Below are positions 11,107 through 21,415 of a stretch of DNA of 46,760 nucleotides, in pieces (within the stretch, counting starts at the first letter, position 1; each line of letters begins with the position of its first letter). This DNA comes from Phoronis australis (taxonomy: Eukaryota; Animalia; Phoronida): positions 1,015,513 through 1,062,272 of the forward strand of contig NMRA01000073.1 of assembly GCA_002633005.1 (NCBI GenBank), written 5' to 3'. A model generated the notes under the pieces. The model did not search any database. It was not told the origin of the DNA and was given only the letters and a program-made list of their open reading frames with translations. The position numbers and the translations under genes are program-made.

Positions 11107-14100
11107 CTATGATAACAGAAAAATTCATCTGAAGAATCACTGTCTCTATAAATAATTCAGTATACAGTAATGCAGGAAACGGAATTTGATGAATACACGG
11201 TAATAGTCAGATATAATGGGCCCGCATTTTGAGAGCTAGTTTTCTATACTACAACAGGCATCAAACTGGTTCACAAAATGTGGGCACATTATATACGCCT
11301 ATTGCTGAATGCATTGGCTCACGAAACTGGCATAGACAGGCGAGGCAAACGGAAGTCATGGTATCCTATTAACTGTTAAGCCCCAACTCCACCAATCAGT
11401 CAATTTCTTTACTTAGTCAATCCATCATGTACCACCCTGATTTCTATCAAATACTTGTGGGTGGGTAAAGTTAGATGAAGGTCAATCTGTGCCCCCCCCC
11501 CCGGGNCCCCCCGGGACACTTATACAGATAAAATACAAGAATGTATTCTGTATGATCAATGGACACAACAAGAAAATCGATGTATGTTGTGACTCATTCA
11601 ATACGAGTGTAATATGCAGAAAACTGTGAGTCGTTACTCAAGTAAGTTCAGTAAAGACTCATAATTTTGTGCATAATTTATTACGACACAACAGGAACCT
11701 CCAAATATATGTCCTCCACTAAGAAGTGTACAATGGAGGACCTTCTGGAGATTTGCAAAACGACTGGTTCAATTTATGCACCAGTTTTTAACACACAATA
11801 TTAACTTCCGAAAAAATGTGTATGTTCATTTATCATTGATATCATACCTTGCACGTGGTTTTTGATTTGTCAATTGCATCAGGTAAAGTTGTAATTGAGT
11901 ATTTGAATTTTTCTTCTTTCCCATCGTCCTTCACTGTTGCGATGAAAGTGAATGACCTGCAAATATACAAAATTAATACATGGAGCTATATATTAATAAA
12001 GCATCAATGGTTCCAGGTGACCAGTGCAGAAGGTCCACCTGCAGTCGTTTTTTACATGAAAGGACAGCATTCGTCTAATGTTGCAAGAATAATTAAAATA
12101 TTGAAGCTGCTATAAAAGTCTTTGATCACAAAAACTAAGTTTGATTTAGGCCACTTACCATTATGAAATTGGTCTTAAATTGTTCCTTATTCTCAGGCGT
12201 AGGATTGGCCTTGACAATGCTGCACATGACAGTCAAAAATCCAAACTATACTTCCTGGTCACAAGCTGTAACATGGTGTTCATTGTGTGCTATGCTTCCC
12301 AACAGGGGAAGGAAAGACAAATACTATAGAACAGGAGTTCTGTAAATACAAGAATCTGACAAAGACAGCTAGTGTGATTACATGCGAAGCCTTGCATAAT
12401 CTCCCCTTATTTGCAGAGCTTCTAGCATCTATGGTACACACGGAAGGTCTGTGTGCTATTGTCAAGCATTCTAATGTTGCTTTACCATTAACATTGCAAC
12501 TCTTGCATTTTGTGAATTTTCAGTCAGTGGGAAAGCGTAACTCCTGAACTTAACAACCATCACAACCCTTCTCATAACAGGTGGAGCCTTGCAGTGTTGT
12601 GCAACTCCTCTGCAATGAGAGAATTTAACTCCACTCCCAAGGAAGTAATCATTTGAGGTTACAGAATGTAACAAAAGTATTCGATGGACAGTGTGTATCA
12701 ACTATACCATCTGGTGGTTTATTCCTAGAACTAGTGGAAACTTTGATGTCACTACAGGACAGAAGTTGGTGGGAAAGGTAAGAGGAGCTGCGACAGACCG
12801 GAGTTTCACTACAGACGGGAAATGACATGAAAGAGAATGCGGTAAAACCATCTACACAAATGGAACTTGAGTAAATATGATGATCTGATTGAAATAATCC
12901 ACCAAGACTTAAGATTTGTGAATGTCATAATGTCCAGATTAGATGTTAAGTTGAAATACATTCATCAACTTCTTGGGCCCGTTTCATAAAAAGTTACTAA
13001 AGACTTATACTCCCACTTCACAATTCTAAAATAAAACTAGGAAATTATTAGCACATAGCTGTCTGGAAATAATATTTACAAATTTTCTTAGTAATTGACA
13101 ATTATGTCAAAATTCTCTCAGACTGACACTTTGTTCCTTAGCTAATGTGAGCTTTATTTTTCGGAATAATTGTGTGGAGCGTAAAACCAAATTTTTGTCT
13201 CAAGTCTTCTGTCACTTTTCATGAAACAGACCCCAGGCTTCAGTGCCACCAATAATGCTAACCATGCTATTATCTTGCCACACAACAGTGTCCTGGACTC
13301 TTACCTCTCACCGTGGTATTCCATGTTCACTTCTCCATTAGAGGCATTTTTACTAAACAATTTTTTCTTCAGTTTAGGAATATCAAGTTCAATGTAGACA
13401 AAGTTTTCTGGATCTTCGTCGTCATCTTTGTATTCGACTGAAATGGTATAAATTTTAAGTATTACTTCAATTAAAAATTAAATACAGTTGAAAATTCACA
13501 TTAAAGTTTTGTAGGACCCTTGAAAAATGTTCAAATTTGGCAAAATTCTGGAACATTATATCTCATAAATGGCTTACCTAAGCCATTTGAAAATTTCCAT
13601 ATACCATGCTTCATTCATTGCTTTCCAAAAGACTGTCAGCAATTGTTTTTAAAGTGCTCCACTTGTGCTATAAGTTACTGTAAAAATTTGAACTTTAATG
13701 ACTTTATGCAAAATTTGAGTTGCATATTACACAAAAGAAAACAATAATTTAGAGAACTGTGTGTAACATCGTTTTTGAGATTTCATCTGTAAAATTTAAA
13801 AACAAAATGAAATTTGCTCACATTAACACTTTCATTATTTAATTGATATGGATGTAGGTTCCTGTTTGATAAATAATAGTAAAAAGACATTACTTAGTTA
13901 ATAGCAGATTGGTGTAAAACCAAACATTAAATTCTAAAGACATTTTTCTTTAAGAAAATCTTACCATCTCCCCGAGTTAAAATCAATAGTTTTGTAGATA
14001 TTTGGCTTGTAAATGCACAGACTAATCCATAAGGTCGTACAAAACCTCAACACTTGGACAGACACTAGACCCCCAAGACCTGTACAAGTTCAAGACTGCA

Positions 14101-15542
14101 AGCCAACACACAGCTGGAGCAGGGCACACAGAGAGTGACACCATCCATGGAATGTAATGGGTGCTGTCAATGAATGTCATTCTTGCTATGGTTCAATCAG
14201 ATCCCTTTAGCAGTGCAGACTGCAGACGACACGGGGAGTAAGAAAGAGTCACAGTCAGTGATGAAGCCAGAAAGCAGAGTTTACGATGACCAAACACAAT
14301 ATATTCAACATTAGTCACCAGATGTCACCAGTTGTCACCAATAGCCTCACTTTTCTTAATCCAAGCCCATTTCACCAGGCAGCTGAGGAAGACATATGAA
14401 AGCCAGCACGAAAGTAAAGACATGTGTCAACCATGGGTATTTTTAGCGAGATGCCTTTTCAAGTGGCCATACTTTCCATCACAAATCTAGACAGATTTAG
14501 ACCACTTAGTGTTGAAATTGGTCTCAAATTAGTTCTTGGTCAAGTGTCATTTCACATAAAATCACCCCCAGAGGGCGTTGAGTCACCACCTCAGAATTGG
14601 ACGAAAATTTACTGAGACATTTATTATGGGACACAATGATTACCAGCACAATTTCGTTGAGTCTCCAAGATACGGGCCTTCAAAGTATTGGGTGCCATGC
14701 CCAATTTTTCCCCTCATGAGTAGAAACTGTGATTTTTCAGATTTTCAAGGCTTTGACTTCAAAATTAAGCATCGGATTGTACTGAAAATGCCTTACAGAA
14801 TGTCAGGCTGTCAGAATCTATCACAAGAACTCACCCATCAATTGTCATACCTCAACTGAGGGGTATTGTTTCTCACTTCTTAAAATCAATAGTAACAAGA
14901 AATATACTTATATAGCAATTAAGTGCTTTAAATTGCTTTTATGTAATATTCTGGGGAAAGTGGAATACAGGATTCGTGATCACGATTTTTGTATTTATTG
15001 GGATGACGGACTAGCGGTGATTTTTTTTCTGTGTACAAGTGTGCATGTGGAATGCAGGCTAATATTCACATCACTTAACTGAAGCTGACTGCCCTCTCTT
15101 CGTTCGAGGTTTTCAATTATTGGTCTCCAAGTTCTAATACAGACACAATGACAGAAAGTAGTTAGGACTATGTTACGAGTTGTTCGGCTGGGCTAGAGTC
15201 TGGACTTCTGCTCTGTGACAGTGACGGGAGAAAGAGTGACGACATACTGATGATGACAGAGTGATAACTAGTAAGCCAGCTAGCTGGACTCACAAGAGTC
15301 CTCAGCTTCTGATCGTCCCCAATACACTTTAACTTATATAGCGGTGTATCGGGGACTATCAGAAGTTGAGGACGCCTGTGGCTGGACTGCAAACGTCAAA
15401 ATTTAGTAGTCTGATTTTGACTTTGCTCCAAGGCAAGGGCAAGGCTAAATGAGAGCCAGACAAGAGAAAACAAGTGTAAATCCAACGCCCGGTTTCACAA
15501 TTATTACAACCTTATACCTTCGGGTGTTCTGAAATCCGCCAT
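11002..15542 (-). CDS. Small stand-alone CS/p23 (HSP20-like fold) domain protein, complement(join(11002..11106,11848..11956,13305..13437,15518..15542)), 123 aa
   Basis: Four exons with GT-AG introns in compatible phases (1, 2, 0) give 372 nt encoding MADFRTPEVEYKDDDEDPENFVYIELDIPKLKKKLFSKNASNGEVNMEYHGERSFTFIATVKDDGKEEKFKYSITTLPDAIDKSKTTCKVVKDGVVVLKLCKSSPRLWRELATTGLEQGQGDN. The C-terminal L-P-x-x-I...V-L-K-L-x-K...W-x-x-L pattern resembles CS domains of p23, SGT1 and CacyBP. Confidence 0.85.
11848..11956 (-). CDS. CS-domain gene exon 3
   Basis: TTTGCAG|...AAG|GTATGA; SFTFIATVKDDGKEEKFKYSITTLPDAIDKSKTTCK. Confidence 0.85.
12975..13234. mobile_element. About 260-bp MITE (PIF/Harbinger-like termini) in intron 2 of the CS gene
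   Basis: Left GGGCCCGTTTCATAAAAAGTTACTAAAGACTT versus reverse complement of the right end GGGGTCTGTTTCATGAAAAGTGACAGAAGACTT. The superfamily is inferred from the GGGCC terminus only. Confidence 0.7.
13305..13437 (-). CDS. CS-domain gene exon 2
   Basis: TTTCAG|...GAG|GTAAGA; EYKDDDEDPENFVYIELDIPKLKKKLF. Confidence 0.85.
15518..15542 (-). CDS. CS-domain gene exon 1 (start)
   Basis: ATAATGGCGG Kozak context, MADFRTPE, donor AAG|GTATAA; phase 1 matches exon 2. Confidence 0.75.
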
Positions 15543-15743
15543 TATATACGCTGACTTCCTGAATACGAAACGTACTCGATTATGTAATTTTAAATAACTA
15601 TACGGACATGTTTATTATCAACTGCTCAAGTTTTGACCTAGTTCAGTCACAGTCCGACTACTACCGACACTGTTGTACAAGGTGGGAACTACAGTGTTCT
15701 CGAAAAATATCGATGCCACGACGACTTTTTCTCGAGATTCATC
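15543..15743. promoter_or_regulatory. Bidirectional promoter between the CS-domain gene and SSR4
   Basis: 201 bp between divergent ATGs, CpG-rich relative to the flanks. Contains ETS-like ACTTCCTG (about 15554), GGGAACTACA (about 15684) and a pyrimidine TCT-like CTTTTTCTC (15725). Confidence 0.7.
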
Positions 15744-15801
15744 ATGGCTGCGCGCTTAGTTGTTTTAATTTTTCTGTCGGTTTTGCCGCTTTCGGTGCTA
15801 T
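15744..15801 (+). CDS. SSR4: SSR4 exon 1 (signal peptide)
   Basis: ATCATGGCT start; donor T|GTAAGT. Confidence 0.9.
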
Positions 15802-18800
15802 GTAAGTACGCATTTGGTTGGGTTTTTGACATCCTTGGGGCTATAGAAATACGGGTTGAGCGGTCAGATAAAGTTCAGTGGTTCTGATCAGTTATCACTG
15901 AGCATTTCAGCCCTGTTCTGTTGTCTACACTCGACAGTAGCGGTAGGTCGGTACGGTAGGTAGTAGCCAGCCAGCTAGGCAATGTCTGACCATTGCCTCT
16001 GTTGGCCCGAAGCAGAGGCGATGCAGAGGCTATAGGCGCTCTGTATGCCTAAAGCTTTTCGGCGAATTATGCCTCGCACCGACTAAACCATCAAAGTCAC
16101 GTTGTTATAAATACCTTTTGCGCATAGAGGAACACCTTAGGAGGTAGGCAATGACCATCGCCTCTGTTGGCCCGAACCAGAGGCGATGTAGAGGCTATAG
16201 GCGCTCTGTACGCCGGAAGCTTTTCGGCGAATTATGCCTCGCACCGACTAAACCATCAAAGTCACGTTGTTATAAATACCTTTTGCGCATAGANGAAAGC
16301 TGAAGTTCCCACCCTTTGCGTACGTGTTGCCGGGAACCAGCCATGCATTTGCCGTGTTGTTAAACATTAAAATGTCAAATATGTGCACAAAGACTATTAA
16401 ATGTCATATCAACAGCATTTATTTTTATCAAATACAAACAATAATTCATTGAAATGCAATCAGTTTCAAGTAACGCCAATTAAAGACAAGTATAAGTGGT
16501 GGCATTTTGGAAACGAACATTTGAAGGCCCTATGCATGGTTGCCATCTCTACTTAGCAGTAGACACTCATTGTGGCAGGGAGTGTAGAGTTACAGTAGGG
16601 GAAATTGATTGCAACTGAGAGTGACTTGCATTCAGGGGAAAATCAGAAACCACTGGTACCCGTCCCCTAAAGTGAGTGAGGATAAATGAACAAAATCTCT
16701 GTTGTCATTCACTTCTAAATGAAAGTATTTTGACAGTACCAGTTATCACAAACTTAAGCTTGTGTGTAAAATACATCAAACTTGACTGAAAGTACATTTT
16801 CATATTGTGGGTTAAGTTTTGGAATAAAGTCATTGAATTAGTACCAAAAATCCAAAGTGTCCTAATTTGCTTAAGAAATTAATTACCTCCCAATACTTCA
16901 GGCTCATTGCATAGTTTCTCAAACTCGACATGAGAAAGCCATCCTCGTTGTGACAGAATTCAAATTCAACGCACTGACGAGTCGAAACTGGTTGGGAAAA
17001 ACATTGCATGTTGATAGTCGAGTTTCCGAAATTCATGTGTCTTGCCTGGTCATATTTCACATTGACTTTTCTTTCCGTTATTCACAGGCGACACATGCTT
17101 AGCTCCAGATTTCAAGGCCAAGACATACACAACATCAGAGGCACCTATGTCTGATGAGACCGTGTTTATTGTAGAGTTCACAGTCAAATGTAAAAACAAT
17201 ATCCAGGTAGGCGTCAAGTTTGCATTTAGCTAATTAGTATGAATTAAACAAAACAAGTCAGTGAACGTGATTTCAATATGCTTCTATCAAGGGTTTATTT
17301 TTTGGCGTACTTTGATTCTGGGGTTTATTTTTAACAAGTTTTTAGGTGGCCCAATTCTTGTACCCTGCAAAGCTCTTGACAGAAATTTGTCTGATCCAAG
17401 GCATAACTTTATTTGCCAAAGTTTGTGTATTAAATATTTCCATAATGAGCGAATATCTACATAGACTAGGTTCACAGAGATCTCAGTTGCTGGTGATTTC
17501 CTTGAGAAGTTGCTTTTTGTGTGTATCTGCATTTCGTGGTTATACACATATCCTCTGGAATATTTTATGGAGTTATTCAGAATAGTGTAAGACAAACACA
17601 CACTATACTAGCTTTTTATTGCTTTCAGGGAATGAACTTATACGGTGAGGTTGACGGCAGAATTCTACCCGCTAGTCGTTCAGCAGATGGAAGTAATACA
17701 TACCAGGTTTGGTCTAATCTTTGTATTCCGTGGCATTATTTTAGAAGACGGGGGTTTGGGAATCGTCTTTGGATTCAGACTCTCGATGAGACTCCACATT
17801 TCTAAAGTTGGTGAATCCTTGATTTTTACCTTTTTGATTGGTTTTGAATTGTCTGGAATTGGAACTAGGCCACACTCCCTCTTGTGAGCGTTGTAGTAAC
17901 TGGCCGGTGAGTCAGCTTGGGATTTCAAAAATATGGGATCCAAAATGGATTCCAAATTTCATTGGGCATCCATGGCTGCATTTTTGTGACCTGAAGGGAA
18001 GTTGCTATTATAGTTTGGTATGTTACTATAAAGACATTGGCGTACAATACAGATTATCATGTCTTAGTCATACCTTTGATTAACTTTTTATTCTGAACTG
18101 GCCAATGAACTACCTGAGCAAGTTAAAAGAGATACCTGCCTAATACAAGACACAATAGTGGAAAAGGTGCTCTTCTGTTGCACAGCATTGTGGGTAACTA
18201 CTGCAGAATCATGATGACGCTGTGGTATTTTAGGATATGGGTGTTATCTATGTACATGTATGTTACTCTCAAACCACCGGGGCTGAAATTGTTTATTTAT
18301 ATATTCAGTTCATGGTAAATACTGAGAACAACTATGGTGGGACTTGAGAATACTCTGGTGTGTCAGGCGTTAGTTCCAGGCCTTTAATCATACATTATGG
18401 TCCACCAATAAGATTTAAGACTTCTGGTTTAGATGAAATCATCAATTTTTCAAAACACAGATTTTAATGACCTTGTTTTTAAAGCTAAGTGCTTGGATGC
18501 CTTCTATCATGTGTTTCAGGTGAGCTGGAACGTCGACCACAAGCAAGCTCCAGCAGGTACCTACAATGTTCGTCTGTTTGACGAAGATGGCTATTCAGCA
18601 CTCAGGAAAGCCCAGCGTAGTGGTGATGACAGCTCGACTGTCAAATCCTTGTTCACCGTCGCCGTGGAACACAAGGTAGGGAGTGTGGTGATTGGTGGGA
18701 TATCAGTATTCCTGGTCACTGAGCGTGTACAGAGCTTGGAATTTTCCGCGGAAACGCGGATTTCCGCTTTTTTGAAATGTGCTTTCCACTTTTTTTATAA

Positions 18801-20325
18801 TATTTCCGCATAAAAAATTCGGATTTGATATGAAATTTCCGCGGCAAATTCCTTTCTTACCGCGGCGTTGCAGACGACGTTCACCTCCGAAAGCGGAAGT
18901 TGCTCTTTATGTTTCGGAGGAACGTAAATTGTCAACATTGCCGGGGCATCTGGGTAAAGCGTGGTGTGATTTTCAATGGCGGCTCGTGTTATTGTTAAGC
19001 GCGGCGACAAATNCAATGTTCGTCTGTTTGACGAAGATGGCTATTCAGCACTCAGGAAAGCCCAGCGTAGTGGTGATGACAGCTCGACTGTCAAATCCTT
19101 GTTCACCGTCGCCGTGGAACACAAGGTAGGGAGTGTGGTGATTGGTGGGATATCAGTATTCCTGATCACTGAGCGTGTACAGAGCTTGTCATTGGTCATT
19201 CCAAGTCCTGCGTGTAGAAACATACAAATCAAGTTAAATATTCATTTCACCCTGCTGGGCTGGCTAAAAATGAAAATCGAATCTGGCGTTTTACTTTCAT
19301 AAAATCGGTCTCATATTATTCCTTACTATGATAAGATTACTTTTCTGTTATCAACACCCAGGTAATGCCTACCCGTGCCATTTTCAAATTCGCAATTTTA
19401 GGATGGGTAACCCATTTAATTCTGGAATGTTTTCCTGAGTTGCTGGTCACTGTAATGAGTATTGTGAAACCAATTTTGTGGGATCCACAAGTCTTGTTCG
19501 ATTTGTTTATAGACGAATAACAGGTGAAATTAAGCTTTGAAATCAGTTTTTAAAACAGTAAACACGAGTCAAGTCCATTTACCCTGTGAGTGGAAAACCT
19601 GTGTCAGGTCCTTTTTGCCAAACTACGGATATGCTTTAGAGTTGATATTTTACCTTTTTATTTTTACTGCAGGAGATAGTTAAGCGACACAAGTGTGAGA
19701 TTTTTCAAGTGACGATTTCTCAAGTCTGCTCTTCTCTTAAGTTTCTAAAATTTGTTATTTCGTGTTCTGTTCTACAAGTAGAGTAGCCTGATCAGATTCA
19801 ACCCTTAGCTGGCTATGTGTCTGTGCTATAGCAACAACTGTCAACATTAGGCCCCAGTGAATAAGTTTGTGACCATGAATCTCTAATACTTTCTTAATTA
19901 ACCAATTTTGGTATCAAATTTCTTAACCATTAGATTTGCTTCTGGCTCTTTGTTAAAAGCCATGTGCGATGCCATCTTTAAAATTATTTTTTTTGTTTTG
20001 GTTGTTGTTTTTGATTAGTACTCATTAAGGGCTAAATGTAGTTTGCAGTGCGACTTGAATCAATACTTCAAATATGAGTTATGTTGCACTGTGAGAGCCG
20101 CAATTTGGACACGACCTACACACCTCTGGATGTGTCGTCACTATTACTGGAAATGCTGCCTAGATCAGATTCATTCAGTGAGTTCTCAGTTATATAAAAA
20201 TTCACTTTTGGTCATTTCAGGGAACATGGAAGGGACTCTGGGTGAGCAGCGAACTCGTGGCTCTGTCGGTTGCTGGTCTGGTCTGGTATTTTGCATACAG
20301 TGCAAAAAGCAAGATGCAGGCTTAG
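15744..20325 (+). CDS. SSR4: Translocon-associated protein subunit delta, join(15744..15801,17088..17206,17629..17706,18520..18675,20221..20325), 171 aa
   Basis: Signal peptide [20 protein letters not shown], then [67 protein letters not shown] and C-terminal [36 protein letters not shown]. These match TRAP-delta. All introns are GT-AG and in phase. Confidence 0.97.
15976..16293. repeat. 169-bp tandem duplication built from three consecutive palindromes, in SSR4 intron 1
   Basis: Copies start at 15976 and 16145, differ by several substitutions and a 4-nt indel; the second copy ends at n 16294. Confidence 0.85.
17088..17206 (+). CDS. SSR4: SSR4 exon 2
   Basis: TTCACAG|...CAG|GTAGGC; [39 protein letters not shown]. 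Confidence 0.95.
17629..17706 (+). CDS. SSR4: SSR4 exon 3
   Basis: TTTCAG|[26 protein letters not shown]|GTTTGG. Confidence 0.95.
18520..18675 (+). CDS. SSR4: SSR4 exon 4
   Basis: TTTCAG|VSWNVDHK...TVAVEHK|GTAGGG. Confidence 0.95.
18730..19012 (+). mobile_element. 5' end of a putative DNA transposon (hAT-like) present after only one of the two exon 4 copies
   Basis: CAGAGCTTGGAATTTTCCGCGG start, many TTCCGC/GCGGAA subterminal repeats, and an ATG at 18976 ([12 protein letters not shown]) cut by n 19013. Confidence 0.5.
19014..19188 (+). other. Second partial copy of SSR4 exon 4 plus intron; probable alternate-haplotype assembly artefact
   Basis: Matches 18564-18738 except one G/A substitution, begins mid-exon right after a single n, and has no acceptor. 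Confidence 0.85.
19250..19450 (+). repeat. Dispersed repeat family B, copy 3
   Basis: Aligns with 3880-4080. Confidence 0.7.
20221..20325 (+). CDS. SSR4: SSR4 exon 5 (TM segment, stop)
   Basis: TTTCAG|[11 protein letters not shown]...SKMQA TAG. Confidence 0.95.
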   Translation, partial: GTWKGLWVSSELVALSVAGLVWYFAYSAKSKMQA

Positions 20326-20373
20326 GCATCTACAGTATTTGTACACATTTCTCTGTAAAAACCATTGTTTCGT

Positions 20374-20379
20374 AATAAA
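20374..20379 (+). terminator. SSR4 polyadenylation signal
   Basis: AATAAA about 50 nt after the stop codon. Confidence 0.75.
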
Positions 20380-21175
20380 TTGTTATCAATGAAGTGGACA
20401 AGTGTTTTCCAAGTGGAGCTCTCTGGATACTGTGGCAGATAATTTGACTGATGAACCTGCCTTCTCTCAAAAATTTATTTTCATACAACTTGACCTAATA
20501 TAAAACTGAACTCCATACTTAAGATGTGATTTCTGGGTATGTAAACTGAAGGGTTGACAGGTTGGTAGTGTTTGGGACTATGGTACAGGGCTTGGAATTT
20601 TCCTCTTTTAAGAGGATTTCCTCTTTTGGTTTCGATTTCCAATTATTTGATTTCCTGTTTCCTCCTTTTGCCTCTCTTTTTACCATTATTTTGATTTTAT
20701 CCATGCAAAAACGTTTATTTCAGTTAAATTTCACAACACATAAAATATTTCTTTCACACAAGCCTGTTTATTTGTCGAACGATACATCACCTGGAAATAT
20801 TTCCTTTCCTCTTTTTTTGTCATTATTCATCCCTGATGGTGGATGCTGGCTTACACGAGCTAATTAGTGAGTCTGGTCTGGAATAATGAATTGTGTCTAC
20901 TCTGAGTAAACAACAAATTGAGGCTGGCTAGACGTTTAACAGTTAATAGTCTAAATCTAAAATTCACATGAGGTGGGGTTGTGGAACTTATTAGGGATAT
21001 AAGTAGTTATTATGCCCCATATTGATGGTAGTAGCAGCCGTGCATCATCTAAGCACCACAGGGAGATCGGATTTTTGCTAAAAGTTGACTATCCAAACTA
21101 AGTGGCCTGTTGATAAAAAGTAGAGGATTCAGGGACAGATTTCTGTGTCATAGTAATTAGAAATTTTACATAATT

Positions 21176-21415
21176 CATGCGCGCAACCAGGGGTGCTCGA
21201 ATGAGCCCTACATTTGGCGAAGAGGGCAAAAAGGTCCGCCTCTTAGAAACAATAAGTCCGAGAATGAGACAAAAGTTCACTAAATAAGTACAAGTACAGT
21301 GGTGCTCCCGTTTTTTTTTTTCTATTCCGCGCGCTTTTTTGTAACCAAAAGGTCCACAATGTCAGGAATTCGAGCCCCCCCCCCATACTCATGCTGAAGG
21401 CTGGGTGCGCGCATG
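21176..21415. mobile_element. 240-bp MITE with a perfect 5-bp TSD
   Basis: TIRs CATGCGCGCAACCAG ... CTGGGTGCGCGCATG; TAATT at 21171-21175 and 21416-21420. Confidence 0.85.

Noticed and set aside
12160-12880. Cluster of short overlapping ORFs in CS gene intron 2
   Set aside because: No consistent frame, splice sites or motif; the flanking exons already join in frame without it.
18976-19302. 108-aa ORF looking like a second SSR4 copy or fusion
   Set aside because: It is chimeric across the n at 19013, joining insertion sequence to a partial duplicated exon with no acceptor.
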